This document shows, in pieces, positions 35,768 to 53,396 of a stretch of 64,000 bases of DNA. Origin of the DNA: Amoebidium appalachense. Taxonomy: Eukaryota > Protista > Ichthyosporea. The notes below the pieces were generated by a model. The model was not told the DNA's origin. It did not search any database and saw nothing but the letters and a program-made list of their open reading frames with translations. The stretch's first letter is position 1, and every line of letters starts with the position of its first letter. The DNA lies in NCBI GenBank assembly GCA_963693365.1, contig CAVNZM010000013.1, forward strand, positions 7,832,398-7,896,397. Direction: 5' to 3'. The translations under genes and the position numbers were made by a program.

Positions 35768-37084
35768 CTTTGTAACATCCCGGCACAGCAGCTCTGTGTG
35801 GTGTTAAAAAATGGAGTGTGCACATCATCTGCTGCTTGCTGTGTATGCGTCCTGGCCTGGATGTGTGTGTGTCACCGTGCTGCACGTGTGTGTGGGTGTA
35901 CGTGTGTGCGTGCCGATGGGAGGGGCAGATTTGCTCGGGGCACACAAAGACATAGCTGGATGTGCCCCCAGCGCATGCATCCATCATAAACACCCATGCA
36001 GGCAGGTCGACGCATGTACACGTACGTGCAGTTTGCCTATGTCTGGTATGGAGAAGGGGGGAGGGGTTGAAGGCGGGGAGGGGGGCTTGGGGCATTTATT
36101 TTTTTGGGAAAAGGATATTGCCCACGTATGGGCATGTGTGTTTCTTGTGTGCACACGGGGTAGCATGTGCATGTGTCCTGTTGGTAAGTCTGGGGTGGCA
36201 ATGTTGGTGACGCTGGTGGAGGGGAAGGGCAGGAGGGCCAGGAAGGTGTGTGTGTGTGTGTGTGTTTGTGTGTGATCGGGAGGGGGGGAGAGAAGGGAGG
36301 CGCCACACAACAAGAAAGGGGAGCTTCAAAGGGGGTACACGTTGTTGCCTATGCACATTTAGCTTTGTGGGAGCTATGAGACAAAAATCCAACGGAAACT
36401 TTTAAAGGTGCACGGAAACATTCGGATTGCTTTCATAGCAGGGTCCAGCCCTGCCATGGGGCCAGTCACCATACAGTGGGCCCCATCGATACATCACAAG
36501 CATGGCGGTCCAAGTTACTTGTAGACTCATTTCACTAAAGGTGAGGTATAATGTCTGTCATGCCTTGGTACTAAAGCACTGCAAGGACATCGGTTTGGCT
36601 GTATGTGTGTTCATAACGCTGGTGTAAGTGGGTGCATACACACTTTCAAAAAACATCATTCGAAAGGCTTTCGGAACATATCAGCAGCAACAAACACTTT
36701 GAAACGAGTCAACACGGAAACCAACATGGGTGACACCATACAGAGGGAAAATCAAAAGTGTGTGGGAGGAATGGTAGGGATGGTAAGGCTAAGGTTAGAT
36801 ATTATCCTGCTTGATTTGCTATATCGTAAAAAATCAGGTAAGAAAGTGAAACGTGTGTGCGCACGTGTTTGTGTGTGCGCACACAAGCGTGTGTGTTTGT
36901 GTTTGTGGTGTTCATGGGGTGTGTATGTGTTTGTGTTGTCCAGGGGCTTTGAGTGGGGAAGGACGGAAGAGGCGGAAGAAAGAAGGGAGGGGAGTGGTGG
37001 GTGGGTGGGGGAAGGGGGAGGGGGGAGGGGGGGCGGTGGAGGGAGAGAGAAAGAGGGAAAGGGACGAGGGGGGGGGAGGGGGGG

Positions 37085-37231
<147 letters not shown>

Positions 37232-37438
37232 TATAGAAGAGGAAGAAAAAGGGGGAGAAAGAGGGGGAGCAGAGGGGAAGAAAAGGGGAGCGGGGGGGGG
37301 GGGGGGGGGGGGAGAGAGAGAGGGAGAGAGAGACAGAGAGAGAGCAGAGAGGAAGGTTGGAGGGAGGGAGAGAGGGTGGGCGAGGGAGGTGGGGGGGGGG
37401 GGGGGTAGAGGGGAGAGGGGGAGCAGGAGGGGGGGGGG

Positions 37439-37481
<43 letters not shown>

Positions 37482-37652
37482 TGGTGTGTGTGTGTGTGGT
37501 GTTTGTATGAAAAGAAAGGGGAGGGGGCAGTGCTGCAACATGATACCTCTCACCCCAGCAGCCCACCAACGAATCCCCCTACCCCAGGCTCGTAGACCTC
37601 TTCCCCTCCTCTCCAGGCTGCGCATCCGTCTCTGACATGACCCTGGCCCCTG

Positions 37653-38240
37653 CTACTGCTCAAAGCGCACGTTGTTCTTGTTGCTGTGGTAGTCTTCGTG
37701 GGCCTGGAACCGTATCTGGCCCTCATAGTCGCACACGCTCTTGATCCTGGCCCCTATCCGCCTGATGGTGTCCTCGTGCTGCTTGTCGCTGTACTGCGTC
37801 CACACGGCCAGCTTGTCTCCTGCCCGCCGCACAGACACAACCAGTCCCGTCACCTGCCCGTCGTCGTCCATCGTTTCTCCTATCAGTGCCAGTGCCGTGT
37901 GGAAAAAGAACTGATCTAGCACCAGTTCCCGCTGGTTTCTGCCTGTACTAATCAACCATTTCCCGCCCTTCTCGTTCGTCGGATCCTCCCACATAGGCTG
38001 CACTCCTTGTTTAAATAAATAATAGCTGCTGCCCTGTGTGAGTCTGCTGGCAGGCACAATGTTTTTCCACAGCACCCAAAAATCCTCAACAGTGGAAAAG
38101 TCGGTTATGCGCCGAAGGTTGAGTGACCAACTCTCTGTGCTGCGCGCTCTGTTGGAGTTGTCGTACCAAAGCGTCCAGGAATTTTGCAGGGGGTGTTTTT
38201 CAGCAAATATAGACGGGTCTGGGGGCATTTTGGATGACAT
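37653..38240 (-). CDS. eIF4E: Eukaryotic translation initiation factor 4E, class I-like (195 aa, intronless CDS)
   Basis: KHPLQNSWTLWYD, ESWSLNL, FSTVEDFW, YYLFKQGVQPMWEDPTNEKGGKW, ALIGE, VSVRRAGDKLAVWT, FQAH. Confidence 0.96.
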   Translation of the reverse strand: MSSKMPPDPSIFAEKHPLQNSWTLWYDNSNRARSTESWSLNLRRITDFSTVEDFWVLWKNIVPASRLTQGSSYYLFKQGVQPMWEDPTNEKGGKWLISTGRNQRELVLDQFFFHTALALIGETMDDDGQVTGLVVSVRRAGDKLAVWTQYSDKQHEDTIRRIGARIKSVCDYEGQIRFQAHEDYHSNKNNVRFEQ

Positions 38241-39184
38241 TTTGACCGTCACAAAGCCACGTAAGGGAGGGAGCTGGAAATAGTGCAAGGGAGAGAGGTA
38301 GAAAGGGAGGGGAAAGAGAGCAGGAGAGAGAAAGAGAAGCACGACGTGGGCGCCTCAGGATGCAAGCAGAACGTATACGCTGGACGCTGCAAAAGAAACT
38401 CCTGTCATAGAAACCGATGTAAAGATGGCAAACGAAGTCTCTGACGAAAAAGTAACCTATGAGTGCAAAAAAAATAACCTCTATCACATCTTTCTATGAA
38501 TAAGCTGCGTCTCTTTTCTCCAGCCACTCTTCCAAGCAACAAGCACGGTAGCTGTGCAGTTCTCTGTCTACCCTACTATTCCACGCACTAACGGGGTCCT
38601 GCCCTCTTTCCACTTGCCAGCCTGCTTGTGCCAACACGGACTCTCTGACAAGTGAAAGCGCTGGTCTCTTGCGCGTGCATACTGAACCTACAACAGGTTG
38701 TTCGCAGCCGTAATGTTGTGCTTGCCTAAAATAGCTAATCAGATGTTTCATTCATTGGCTGTGTGCGCACCACTGCTTTTTTCGAACCCTGTTGCGTGAC
38801 CTTCCTGTGCCGCTTTGTGTCGCCTGGGTAACGCGTAGGTTACGTGCACAGTGTTTTAGGTCCGCCTTTGGCGCCTCCGCAGGCATTTTCAACTTGAAGA
38901 ATCAAGCGGCCCGTCAAATGACGTTTACGTATACAGCCATATGAAGGGTTTTACTGCGTGTAGAGAGTGTATGGGCTAGAGATAGTCTAATCTGCAGTCA
39001 GAAACTTTAGAACGTTGTTGCACACAGGGCCTTCAGCCAGGAGCGACCACACAACAACACAGAAATTGCATCATTTTGCCAGTGGGGGTCTGGTTTGTCA
39101 GCGTTTCGTGTTGCAAGATATCCTCGAGAAAAGTACTAGAAGTCTGTTTATATAAACGCATCTTCCCATTTTTGCCTCGCCAGA

Positions 39185-41704
39185 ATGGCCTCGGTGTCTG
39201 CATCTTTTTCACCGTCCTCTGAGGTGCCAGAAAACATCGTCGTAAAAGAGGCGGCAGATCTTTTCTCCACCGTGGCCAGTTTCTACGGGTTTGCCTCGCG
39301 TGCAACCGACCTGTTGGGGGTCAGGACGGAAGAGCTGCAAGCAAATGTGGATGATATGAGAGAATTGACGGAGAGAAACAGGGAGAAAGGTGTGTTGTGG
39401 CGTGGGATCTGTAGTGCCTGATAATTTGCTGGTGCAGATGCACACAGGAGTGGTGCCTCTGCAGACGTGTGTACCACAAATGAGCTCCCCAAATGTGCAT
39501 GTACGTAGCATGTACATTTTATGATTGCCTTCATGCAATCTTCAAATACATGTGTGTACAGCGAAAAGTAGGTTATGGCTTTTTGATTCCGAGACATCGT
39601 AACTGTGAGCATTTCCATCTGGCACAAATAGGTGAGCGTGAACAACTGACTTCTATATGTCCCGCTGACTGTTGTTCATTATTGATGTCACCTGTTCTTT
39701 CCAAGTCGCGTCCCCTCCCCCATCTCCCTTAGTCCCCACCTTCCCCTCCAAAAAATTTCCCCCCAATCCACCCACCCACCTTTAATTCCTCTTTTGGTCT
39801 GCACACGTCTTGCACTCCCAAAGAATCTCTGGACCTGACATGCCTGTTCACAACAGAGTGCACCAAGAGACACACGAACGCTGTCCGTTCCACTAGCACC
39901 TGCACCACCAACGAGCTCATATCCAACCTTTACGGCCAGTGCAGACCACCCCCCAGTCTGCACCAGTTCGACTCCCTGCGGACAGATGGAAAGACCACAC
40001 TCACCTTTTATACGAACCCGGCTATGTGCCGCCAAAAGTGGCAGCAGGAGATGCTAACTGTCATACAGAGGCGCAAGGAGGAGTTGAGGGTGTGTCCTTC
40101 CACCCTTCCCTTCCCCCCCCTCCCCCCACCCCCCCCCCCCCCTCCCCTTGGAACTCACCTCAATTCCCTGCCAGTCTCCTCAGGGAAAAGTTCACTTTCA
40201 ATATCTTCTTTCCGATGTGTCCGGGCATGTCGTGCTTAGGGAATGGGGCATATGTTGTGTTTGTGCATACGTGGTGGTGGTGTTGGCGGGAGGGGGGGGA
40301 AGGGGGGAGGGGGGAGGGGGGAGGGGGGAAGGGGGGACAAGGAGGGGGAGGCCGGGGAAGGGGGAGAGGGGCTTCGAGGAGAGGAAGGAGGGGTGACGAG
40401 GGTGGGAGGGAAATGGAGTGAAAATGGGTAGAAATTAGACCATAGTGACAAGCGATCTTTGGGTAGATCAATCCGAGACCTTGACTTTTGAGCCATGAAA
40501 TGATCAGCACCCTAACCCATCCCCCCTCACCCGTTCCCCCCTCCTTCTCCCCCCCCCCCTCCCCCCCCCCCCCCCCAACTTCTCCGTCCCCCCCCCCTCC
40601 CCCCCCCCCCCCCCCCCCCCCCCGCCCATCCACGGCACACCCACAGTCGGTCAAGAAGAGGCGGCCAAGTGTGGTGCCCCAGCATGCCCTGTGCCAGCCA
40701 AAGCTGCCCGTCGGGGGACAGAATGCACACTATGACGTGACCATAGCAACACGCTCCATTTACCAGGGTGAGTGCCTGCACGTGCGTATCTGCACAGCCA
40801 TTGCGTGTGGCCTTGCAGTGTTATAAATCATGGTGGTGAGTTGAAGGGACTTCTGACAGTAGCAGATCAACATCATAACAAGAATAACACGTTGGAATGA
40901 CGTGAATAATCAATCAATCTGTGGCCTTAGGCGTTCAGACCCACTGAGCCAAGCACTCACATATGTTGGTCCCACATTGCGTGCTTTCTTACACACAAGC
41001 ACTTATGCCCCCCCCCTTCCTAGAAGCCCCGTCTCCTGAGTTCCTATCTATATTTTTCTTGCTTCTGCTTACTGCTGCAACTTTAATTCCCGGCCTTTCC
41101 CACTGCCCTTGCCTGCATAAGCAACCCTGCTCGTCTCTGATCAAGACGGGTGACCTACCCATGTTCAAGTGAAACAGTATCTGAGTTGGGAGGTGAATAG
41201 GTCGAAACTCGGGTACTCTGGATGACGTTCCCCCCCCCCCCGACAATGGGCTCTACTTATTATGCATACTCTTTATGTATGGCTTGCATTCTGCATCGTG
41301 TTATCCGTTTTGTTTTTGTGTACTTCGTACTTTTTGACGCATTCAAACCCAACCCCCCCCCCCCCCAAAAAAAAAGAAGAAAAAAAAAGGGGGGGCCGGG
41401 TGTGTTGTGGATGACTTGTGGCCTTCACAAGGATATGCTACACTTCTGCTGCATGCTCTTTGTGCAGTTTATTTTTTGTGTGTCTGCAACTCTGAATGGC
41501 TTTTCTGGTTGTGAAATTAGGCTTCGTATAGTCTGCCGTCTGCCGCTTGCCCATGCATGCAGATGCCTAGACCCAAAAACATGCCAAACTCCACAAGTGC
41601 ACATGCCCGTACACCCTGTGCACATGCACAAGGCCACATGCACAGGCTCCGTGTCACGTGCCTGCAGGGGCCCACACACACATGCACAAGCACATACACG
41701 GATG

Positions 41705-41763
<59 letters not shown>

Positions 41764-42016
41764 ACACACACACACGCACATACGCACAAACAGACACACA
41801 CAAATCAATGTGGCACAAATACACAAATGCACAACTGACACACATTCGCACATTCACGCACGCACACACACACACACAAACGCACATACACACACACCGT
41901 ACACACACACACACACAGCACACAGCACACACACAGCACACACACAGCACACAGCACACACACAGCACACAGCACACACACTCCGTATGCACGCACACAC
42001 TCGCACACAGACACAC

Positions 42017-42103
<87 letters not shown>

Positions 42104-43001
42104 ACAGAAAATCTGCAACCAGGGCAGTACAAGTATATGCCTGATGCCATGGCCTACCCCGAGCTGTGTGTCAACCAGGCTGCCCTGCTCGGTGGCAAAA
42201 CGCCACGGTGTGTCTGGCGTATTCAGATTGGTGGATATTGGAAGGAGACAGAGAGTGGGGTTGCCATATGTTAGTGTGAAGGGCTATTGGGGGTGGGGGT
42301 GGGGGGGGGGGAGGGGAAGAAGGAGGGGAAGGGGGGAGAGGGGAGTTGAGGGCGCAGGGGGGGGGAGGGGGGGGGGGGGGGGGGGGGGATGGGTATGTGA
42401 AGGAGGATAGGGAGTGGGGAGGGTGGGGAGGTTGTATTGAGATAGGGAGAGGAGGAAGGAAGGTGACTACGGAGAGTTAGTGGAACCAATGCCCTCAAGT
42501 TTACCCTTACATGTACGGTAGTGTCTGTGCTCTGTATGCCCTTGTTTGGTCTTTTGTGTGGTTTATTGCTCCCGAACTTGGACCTCCCCTACCCTGCACC
42601 TCTCCCTCCCTCGACCCCACCAATTGTCTCCTCACGTGGCTTTATGCACATCGACACATGAGCTACAGTGCTGTCCTGACTCTATTTCATTTAGGTTGGT
42701 TTGTTCTTTGGTCCGCTGAGACTCGACACACTGTTTCCTTTTGGTCATAACCACTACCCTAAGATACAATGCACTCACACGGCAACAAAGACCATTATAC
42801 ACATGCACACCCGTGAACCCCCCTCCCCTTCCCCCCATCACACACACACACACTCACCGCCACTCACAGCCCACCCAACCACCACCCCACCCCGTTCCCC
42901 ACCTTAGAATCTGCTTTGCTCATGAACACATTCTTTGTGTATGCTTTATCATAACTTGCATTTGCACTTTTCACACTGTTTCGCATGCTAATTCTCCCCC
43001 T

Positions 43002-43038
<37 letters not shown>

Positions 43039-43905
43039 ACACACACACTTTCCCCTCCCTCCAGGCCCCTGCCTGCGATGCAGCCATCAGGCCCACTGGT
43101 ACGGCCAGGCACCGAGACCGAGGTGACTCTCAAGAGGGCCTCTATCCCCTCCTCTTATGCTGCCCCCGTGTCGGCAGCACAGGCTCTGGGCAGCAGCCGC
43201 CTCTCGGGTATAACACCCCCCCCCCCCCCCCCCCCCCCCTCCTCCCCCTTTCCTTTTTTTTTTCCTTCATCATCCCTGCCCTGCTTTTGCCATGCATGAA
43301 ATGGGCCAAATTTCAACGAAACACTGCCAATACTGTACATGACTGGTCTCTCCCACCTAGCTGATCAGAATATTACTCTACCCAAAGTACTGCTGTCGTC
43401 AAACTTTGTTTGCTCTGGCAATATCCGTATCTTCGTATTATCCACCTATTGATCACGAGGGTGGTCCACGGTAATGTAGCATACATGACCCGTGCAGACC
43501 GACCCAATGTTCGTTTACATGGTGCATCAGAAAATGCTACGTTTCACTGTCCGGCTGCCGTTATGATATATATATATTCCCCTATATATATTCCCATGTT
43601 GGGAGTGGCGAGGGTCACATGGTGACTTCTTTAATCTCGTGGTGTCCTGCGCAGGTATCGACCAGAGACGCAGCAGCAAAGCTTTCCCTGACCCCTTCTC
43701 CCGCCTGACCCTCCCGCCCGCCCCACCACCGCCCCCGCATAAGTATGTGGATGCTTCCCCCCCCCCCCCCCCCCCCCCCCCCGGCCCCCCTCTCTCCCTG
43801 CCTCCCTCCCACTCCAAACCATCACAAACACAGACCCCCCCCCCCCCCCCCCTCACACACACATGTTTCATGATGCCTAAATACACACTTCCACTTGATA
43901 CCCTT

Positions 43906-43943
<38 letters not shown>

Positions 43944-44346
43944 ACACTCAACCCGTGTTACCCATGCAACCTTCCGAGGAATTGTGACAGGGAGGAAGGA
44001 GGGGAGTGGAGAGGGAGAAAACATGGGAGGGAAGGGAGGGCCTGAGAAATGAGGGCAGCGAAGATCGAGCAACACTTTTGACTTTCGTTTTCATATCTCT
44101 AACATAACGATGAACTGATCATCGCACAGGGACACACGAAAAATAGCACTAGAAAGACAACAACAGGCTGTTGACGAAGCGCAGACGCGACTGAGCCGAT
44201 TGGGGCTCAACCACACACCCAAGCACCCTCGCAGTTCGCCATGTTCGGATCACACCGTGGCTGAGTTGTTAGCACGCAGGGCAGCAGTGGAGTACTCGTA
44301 TGGGGACGAGGAGGGGGAGGACGAAACTGAGGAACAGAGGGAGCAG
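39185..44346 (+). CDS. Divergent WAVE/SCAR-family actin nucleation-promoting factor. Exons 39185-39389, 39824-40089, 40647-40767, 42108-42207, 43065-43207, 43655-43742, 44130-44346; last exon and stop unresolved
   Basis: WHD motif [42 protein letters not shown] (cf. PPPL...DGK...FYTNP...W..M), basic stretch, polyproline PPAPPPPP, and C/A region [24 protein letters not shown] (cf. DVATILSRRIAVEYSDSE). All exons join in phase. Confidence 0.85.
41107..41350 (+). repeat. Near full-length copy of the dispersed structured repeat family, in a WAVE intron
   Basis: gcataagcaaccctgctcgtctctgatcaagacgggtgacctacccatg...ctgagttgggaggtgaataggtcgaaactcgggtactctggatgacg...atgggctctacttattatgc...gacgcattcaaaccc. 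Confidence 0.9.
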
Positions 44347-44377
44347 GTGTGTATCTGTATCAGTAGCTCCTGTTGAA

Positions 44378-44434
<57 letters not shown>

Positions 44435-45851
44435 GCGTGTGCGTGCGTGTGCGCGCGCAGCGCGTGCACATGCTTATTAAGTGTACGATAGACTAGGGAG
44501 GTGCAATGCCATTAATGTGCGCAATGGGGTAGGTGTGTATGTGTACCAATAGCTCCTGTTGAGAGGGTGTGTGTGTGTGCGTGCGTGTGTGTGCGTGTGT
44601 GCGTGTGTGTGTGTGTGTGTTCACAGGCTTATTTGGTGTGTATGATAGACTACGGATGTGCATGCATGTGTGCGCGATGGGGTAGGGCGGTCATCGTGGA
44701 GTTGGGCTCCATTGAAACTTCCGCAACGCATGTCAGAGTGCTGGAAACTTCAAATAGAATCCACCCGGCCGAAAATGAGGTGTTTCTCGAAAGGCAGTTG
44801 AGGCGTATGCAACACCGGCTAGATAAGCGTGTGCTCCTTGTCACAGGTCTGGTGATCGATTTTCAGTGTAAAGCCCCAGAAAGCAGCACCCGGACTATCC
44901 TATAGGGGCCATGGGTGATAGTGGTGGTGGTGGTTGTGGTGGTTTCCCGAGAGAGAGGGGGGGGAAGGGAGTTCAGGAAACTTCACGAACTCTAACATCG
45001 GTGCATCAGGCAGACATGTACTGTACCAAAGCTCCTTCCCCTTTGCTGACACTGGGCTTTTGTTTTGTCGCAGACGCTCAGCTCTGCTTGCGGTTGACCG
45101 CTGCTGACGGTTGCCCGATGTGTCTTTGGCCCAATCGCTGAGGTTCTTTGCACTCGGTTGAGGCTCACGCACTGAGCCGCTTGATAGGAGCCAATAACAT
45201 AAATTATAATGAAGCGTTTGTAAGCGATTGATCGAATGAATAACGAATAAGATGTAACGGATTTTATCGATTAGAATATAAAAGGTAGATAAGATGTTTT
45301 GTTCTGATGTTATTAGGCTGCACTACGGCACTCGCCCGTAGGCACTTGATGGCGAGGGCTCGTTTTATGTTTCCGGGCGGAGTTCGTTCTGTTATGAACA
45401 ATTTTATGCTTTCGCGTTAGTCTGAGGGAAGTTCCAGTGTAGTTACTGTAGTACAGTAGAAACTTGTCAGTTGTAACCATACTTAGAATATAGCTAGCTT
45501 TGAACACTTCTGTCAATTTCACCTGAAGTTTTCTCTCCCTCTCTTGCTAGTTTTCAGGTAGCGGTAACGCGAGAAGGCCTGGGTGGGGCATACTAGTTGT
45601 TCACTTGCACCGACTGACTGAGCTGTTTTCGAGGCTACTCATTCTGTGCTTGGGTTCATGAGTGGCAATTGCCAACAAACTAGTGCTAATAAAACGTGCA
45701 TGATCCTCGGCCGTAAACGGCCCTATACTATAAAGTAAAGAAGCATAGTAGTTTGGAAGACCATAAACTAGACTGTCTCCGCCAACTGAATTAATTGGTG
45801 GTCGTTCTTAAATCTTCTTTCCTTTCTGGGCCAACATACACATACAACAAG

Positions 45852-50786
<4,935 letters not shown>

Positions 50787-51296
50787 GGTCCCCCCCCCTC
50801 CCCCTCCCCCCTAAATCACACAACACACACAGCAACATCGGAGTTTGGTTTTGCGGGCAAGGTGATTGGTCGAACCTCCTGCTTGCTGTTCCTGAAGACG
50901 GGCTTCTCTGTTGCATACGTGATCATTTTCACCAACCTGCCAAAGTTTCGCTGCAAATCTGTGTACTTGAAGTAGTATAACTTTATAAAGTCGTTATAAC
51001 ACAACCCCCCCTCTCCCCGTCCTTTTAGTCGGATATTGTTGGATACTACCGTGCACTTTTTTGCTTCCCTATAGTCCTTTAAGCACCATTTCTTCCCCAT
51101 GGGCATTTTCCTGTGAAATACTTTCCTCCTACTCCCATCCATCCATCAAATTGCTTTCTCTCCCCCCCCCCCCCCCCCCCCCCCCCATGTTTCAGGGGTG
51201 GCCCCATCTATTCTATTGCACCTATTAAATGCGCCCACCCTCAGCTACTATAATCATTACTCTAGCCCCCCCTCCCCCGCGCTTTTCAACCACCAT

Positions 51297-51384
<88 letters not shown>

Positions 51385-51448
51385 CGCTCCTGTGGTCACT
51401 TTTCTTGGTCCGTGTGGCATTGTGCATCTTGCAGGATTCCAATCAGCA

Positions 51449-51486
<38 letters not shown>

Positions 51487-51515
51487 CCTCCCCCACCCCC
51501 GGCAGCCCAATCCCC

Positions 51516-51973
51516 TTGGGTTTCGTTAACGAGGGGAATAGGTCGAAACTCGGGTACTGTGGATGACGTGGGCCCCCCCTGAGGATGGGCTCTGCTTATT
51601 ATGCATACTCTTTATGTATGGCTTGCATTCTGCATCGTGTTATCCGTTTGTTCTTGTGTACTTCGTACTTTTTGACGCATTCAAAACCCCCCACCCCACC
51701 CCCCTCTCCCCCGCCCCCGGGGGCCCGATCCCCTAAGTAACCCTGCTCGTCTCTGATCAAGACGGGTGACTTACCCATGTGTAAATGAAACAGTCTCTGA
51801 GTTGGGTTTCGTTAACGAGATGAATAGGTCGAAACTCGGGTACTGTGGATGACGTGGGCCCTCCCTGAGGATGGGCTCTGCTTATTATGCATACTCTTTA
51901 TGTATGGTTTGCATTCTGCATCGTGTTATCCGTTGTTCTTGTGTATTTCGTACTTTATGACGCATTCAAACCC
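51516..51973 (+). repeat. Partial tandem (5'-truncated plus full) copies of the dispersed structured repeat family
   Basis: ttgggtttcgttaacgag...ataggtcgaaactcgggtactgtggatgacgtgggccc..cctgaggatgggctctgc...gacgcattcaaa occurs in the copies at 51516-51692 and 51735-51973. Confidence 0.92.
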
Positions 51974-52331
51974 CCCCCCCCCCCCCCCCCCCCCCCCCAC
52001 ACACACACACAAAAAAAAAAGGGGGGGGGGTGGGGGGGGTGTTTTGTCTATATTGCGTATTGGTGGGTGGGCGTTTTGACTAAGTTTTTGAACATGGGTG
52101 CCTTCGGCTTTTACGTTGTGTGGCGCATATGGTGCGTGATGGTGTGCATTTAGGGTGTGCATGAAACGGAGTGCGGAAAGAGGACGGGGGGTTGGGGGGT
52201 TGGGGGGGGGGGGGGGGGCATCCACTAACGTGAGCATGCCAAAACCCACACACGCACACACGCACACACACACGCACACACACACATACACACGTGCACA
52301 CAAATTCACACGCACACACGTACATGTCACG

Positions 52332-52386
<55 letters not shown>

Positions 52387-53396
52387 CCAGTGTCTTTTGC
52401 GGCTTGTCGAGGTAGAGCTGCAGCACCACATGCATATGATTCCTGGTTGATAGGCTGCAATTTGCGAACATGTCATGTGTGGAGTGTTCACAAATAATTG
52501 CAGATATATATAGTGTAGATAGCGCTCGCGAAAATGAGAAAATAGACTCGAGTTGGAGTCGTAAAATCCGATGATAGTGTGGATAATAATGATGCTTTCG
52601 CTTTGCCTTTTTAGGGTGGTTGTTAGTGCTCGAGTCTTCAATACGCACATGTAAGGTTTGATTATGCTCTGTGGTTGTTGCCATTGGGTTTGCTTTATAC
52701 GCCTTTTTGCCATTTGTAGCTCAAGTATGCATGTGCTGTGTGGTTCCCATAGTGTAGGTTCCCCTTTATTGTGAACCACATTTCGATTTTCTGTTATGTT
52801 ACATCGCCTTCGCCTCACTTGTGCCTCTCACCCTTTGTCTCCCCTTCACATCATACATAATTACTAACGGTTTGTTTTTTTTTGGAGTTTGGGCAAAACT
52901 CTTTTAGACATACCGCCATGACTGTACCACACTGGTTGTACTGGGATAGGGCCGGCCTTCACGGGTTTGATACTGAGTGACTTGAACTAGTATTGTAGGT
53001 GTGAAACGGTCGATTCGATATGTGTCAGGTACATGCTAAAATTACATCAATAATAAAGAATAATAATACAGAATATTTTGTGATATTCCTACTCCTTTGG
53101 CCACCACAGGCTTTACAATCACTTCTCTGAAGTCCCTCGATCAGATGCCGAGTCGGAAGAAAGCCCTTACTTGCCTTATATGGATACTCCGTTTGCCTGA
53201 AAAGGCCAATCTAAAGCAATCAGATCGGACTCTCGCGAGCCCCGGAACTCGTTTGTGATCATGACTTTTTCCAACTTGTTTGATCTCTTGCAGGTTGAAG
53301 GATTTCATTTTGAGCTTGCACCATACACAGCCGTCAATTTTTTTTTTTTCATAAGGCTCGCATCAAGCATAGTCGTTAATTAGAACCAACCGCAAC

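Noticed and set aside
51735-51890. Calling the structured repeat a canonical hammerhead, HDV, twister, SECIS or C/D snoRNA
   Set aside because: Each fit fails a required element: no stem II joining CTGAGGA to GAAA; no HDV P3/L3, and the P1 partner lies downstream; twister P2 does not pair; the SECIS helix is too short; the C-like box is TGATCA inside a hairpin loop.
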